The notes below the pieces were generated by a model that was not told where the DNA came from, did not search any database, and was given only the letters and a program-made list of their open reading frames with translations. The position numbers were made by a program, and so were the translations under genes. DNA of 64,000 nucleotides, taken from positions 12,524,001-12,588,000 of the forward strand of contig NC_042998.1 of the NCBI RefSeq assembly GCF_006345805.1, written 5' to 3'. Shown piece by piece: positions 62,393-64,000 of the stretch; position 1 is the first letter of the stretch; every line of letters begins with the position of its first letter. The stretch is from Octopus sinensis. Its lineage: Eukaryota.

Positions 62393-62633
62393 CTATATAT
62401 ATATATACACACACACACCACACATATATATATATATATGCATGTGCGACTTGTGATTGTGGTTTTCCCCGCCGTTTGGTTACTGGACTACTCAAGTCGA
62501 CATGTTCAACTCAAATAACTTCAAGATGAGGCACCAACATGGTCGCAGTGCAGTGAATGAATCAAATATGTGCACGCGCACGCACCTGCACATACACACA
62601 CTCATACATATATGCACGCGCCCTTTTATATAC

Positions 62634-62865
62634 ATTTCTTTATTGCCCACAAGGGGCTAAATATAGAGGGGACAAACAAGGACAGACAAACGGATTAAGT
62701 CGATTATATCGACCCCAGTGCTTGACTGGTACTTATTTAATTGACCCCGAAAAGATGAAAGGTAAAGCCGACCTCGGCGGAATTTGAACTCAGAACATAG
62801 CGGCAGACGAAATACATCTAAGCATTTCGCCCGGCGTACTAACATTTCTGCCAGCTCGCCGCCTT
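62634..62865 (-). mobile_element. SINE family B, full length
   Basis: aaggcggcgagctggcagaaatgttag ... gtgggcaataaagaaat; short flanking repeat tatatac. Confidence 0.9.
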
Positions 62866-63726
62866 CTATATACGTGTGTCTGTATATATACGTGCGCCCT
62901 TTTATATACGTGTGTGTCTGTAGGTGTGCGTGCACGTCTCTGTGTAAGCGTGTGTCTCTCTCTGAGTTGTTCTTAATTATTCTCAGATATTTCAGTGATT
63001 TCTTTGGGAAAAGTGTCTTGTCTTCTGTAGACATTCATCGATTAAGAAATGTTGAAAAATTTTCAGCGACATATAACGTATATAACTATCAACACAAAGA
63101 TCTCAACTGATCGGAAATGAAATCTTCTGTTATTAGATGATATATTATATATGATTTCGAAAAGTAAGGCGTAAGCAATGATTAGATTTTTAATAATAGT
63201 TTAGCTTCAAGAAGTTGAGATACAGAAATAGATAAAGGCGTGACGGATGCGAATGGTTATTGAAAATACTCCAAATCTCCTATGCATATATCTACTATAT
63301 TGGTCTCAGTTCCCAATAATTTCATATTAAGAATTAACATTTTATCAAGAACACTTATTATTATATGCCAGATTCGTTCATTTAACAATACTAATACATA
63401 ATTTTCGCACAATGACATATATTTAGTTGAAATTTTGTGTGGCTTTCTAGCAGCAACTCCTAGTAATTATACACAATGACAAATACAAACATAGGTATCT
63501 ATATATACATATGTTGCATGAGACAGAAATAGTGTCCATCTATCTACGTCTACCTGTCCGCCTGCCTGCCTGCCTGTCTGTCTGTCTGCCTGTCTATCTG
63601 TCTGTCTGCCCGTCTGTTGATTGTTGTCTATATGTCTATCCATTTATCAGCACACACACACATTCGTACATATGTGTGTGTATGAGTATGTACGTGTGTA
63701 TGTATGTATACACTCGCATGCACACA

Positions 63727-63890
63727 GACGTAGGAGTGGCTGTGTGGAAAGTAGCTTACTTATGAACCCCATGGTTACGGGTTCAGTCCCACTGCGTGGC
63801 GCCTTGGGCGAGTGACTTTTACTATATAGCCTCGGGCAGACCAAAGCCTTGTGAGTGGATTTGGTAGATGGAAACTGAATGAAGCCTGTC

Positions 63891-63895
<5 letters not shown>
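63727..63895 (+). mobile_element. SINE family A 5' half (continues into microsatellite at window edge)
   Basis: gacgtaggagtggctgtgtggaaagtagc ... gggttcagtccc ... gaagcctgtcgtata. Confidence 0.85.
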
Positions 63896-63963
<68 letters not shown>

Positions 63964-64000
63964 CGACGGGCTTCATACATATATATATATGTATGTGTGT

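Overview
AT-rich, microsatellite-dense eukaryotic DNA with no recognisable host exon. The SINE and microsatellite repertoire looks like a coleoid cephalopod, probably Octopus; this is inferred from remembered repeat families, not from a database search. The window is largely transposable-element debris. It holds several tRNA-headed SINE families (labelled here A, B/B2, C, D), fragments of CR1, RTE and RLE-type LINEs, and a full-length Tx1-like (L1-clade) LINE. It also holds a tandem pair of R4/Dong-like elements in an (AAT)n tract, an internally deleted Ty3/gypsy element, and six Penelope-like pseudo-LTR copies carrying minimal hammerhead-like motifs. DNA transposons include mariner, Tigger, piggyBac and DD41D relics plus several fold-back elements. 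The main finding is a LINE/SINE relationship. The 5.35-kb Tx1-like LINE (35881-41229) shares its 3'-terminal 34 nt (31/34 identical, conserved stem-loop) with SINE family B. It is inserted, with an exact 17-bp TSD, into the head of a family-B SINE, at the same nucleotide where a family-B SINE dimer (13724-14147) is joined. This suggests a Tx1 element whose preferred target is the SINE it mobilises. All alignments were done by eye, so boundaries of degenerate elements are approximate.
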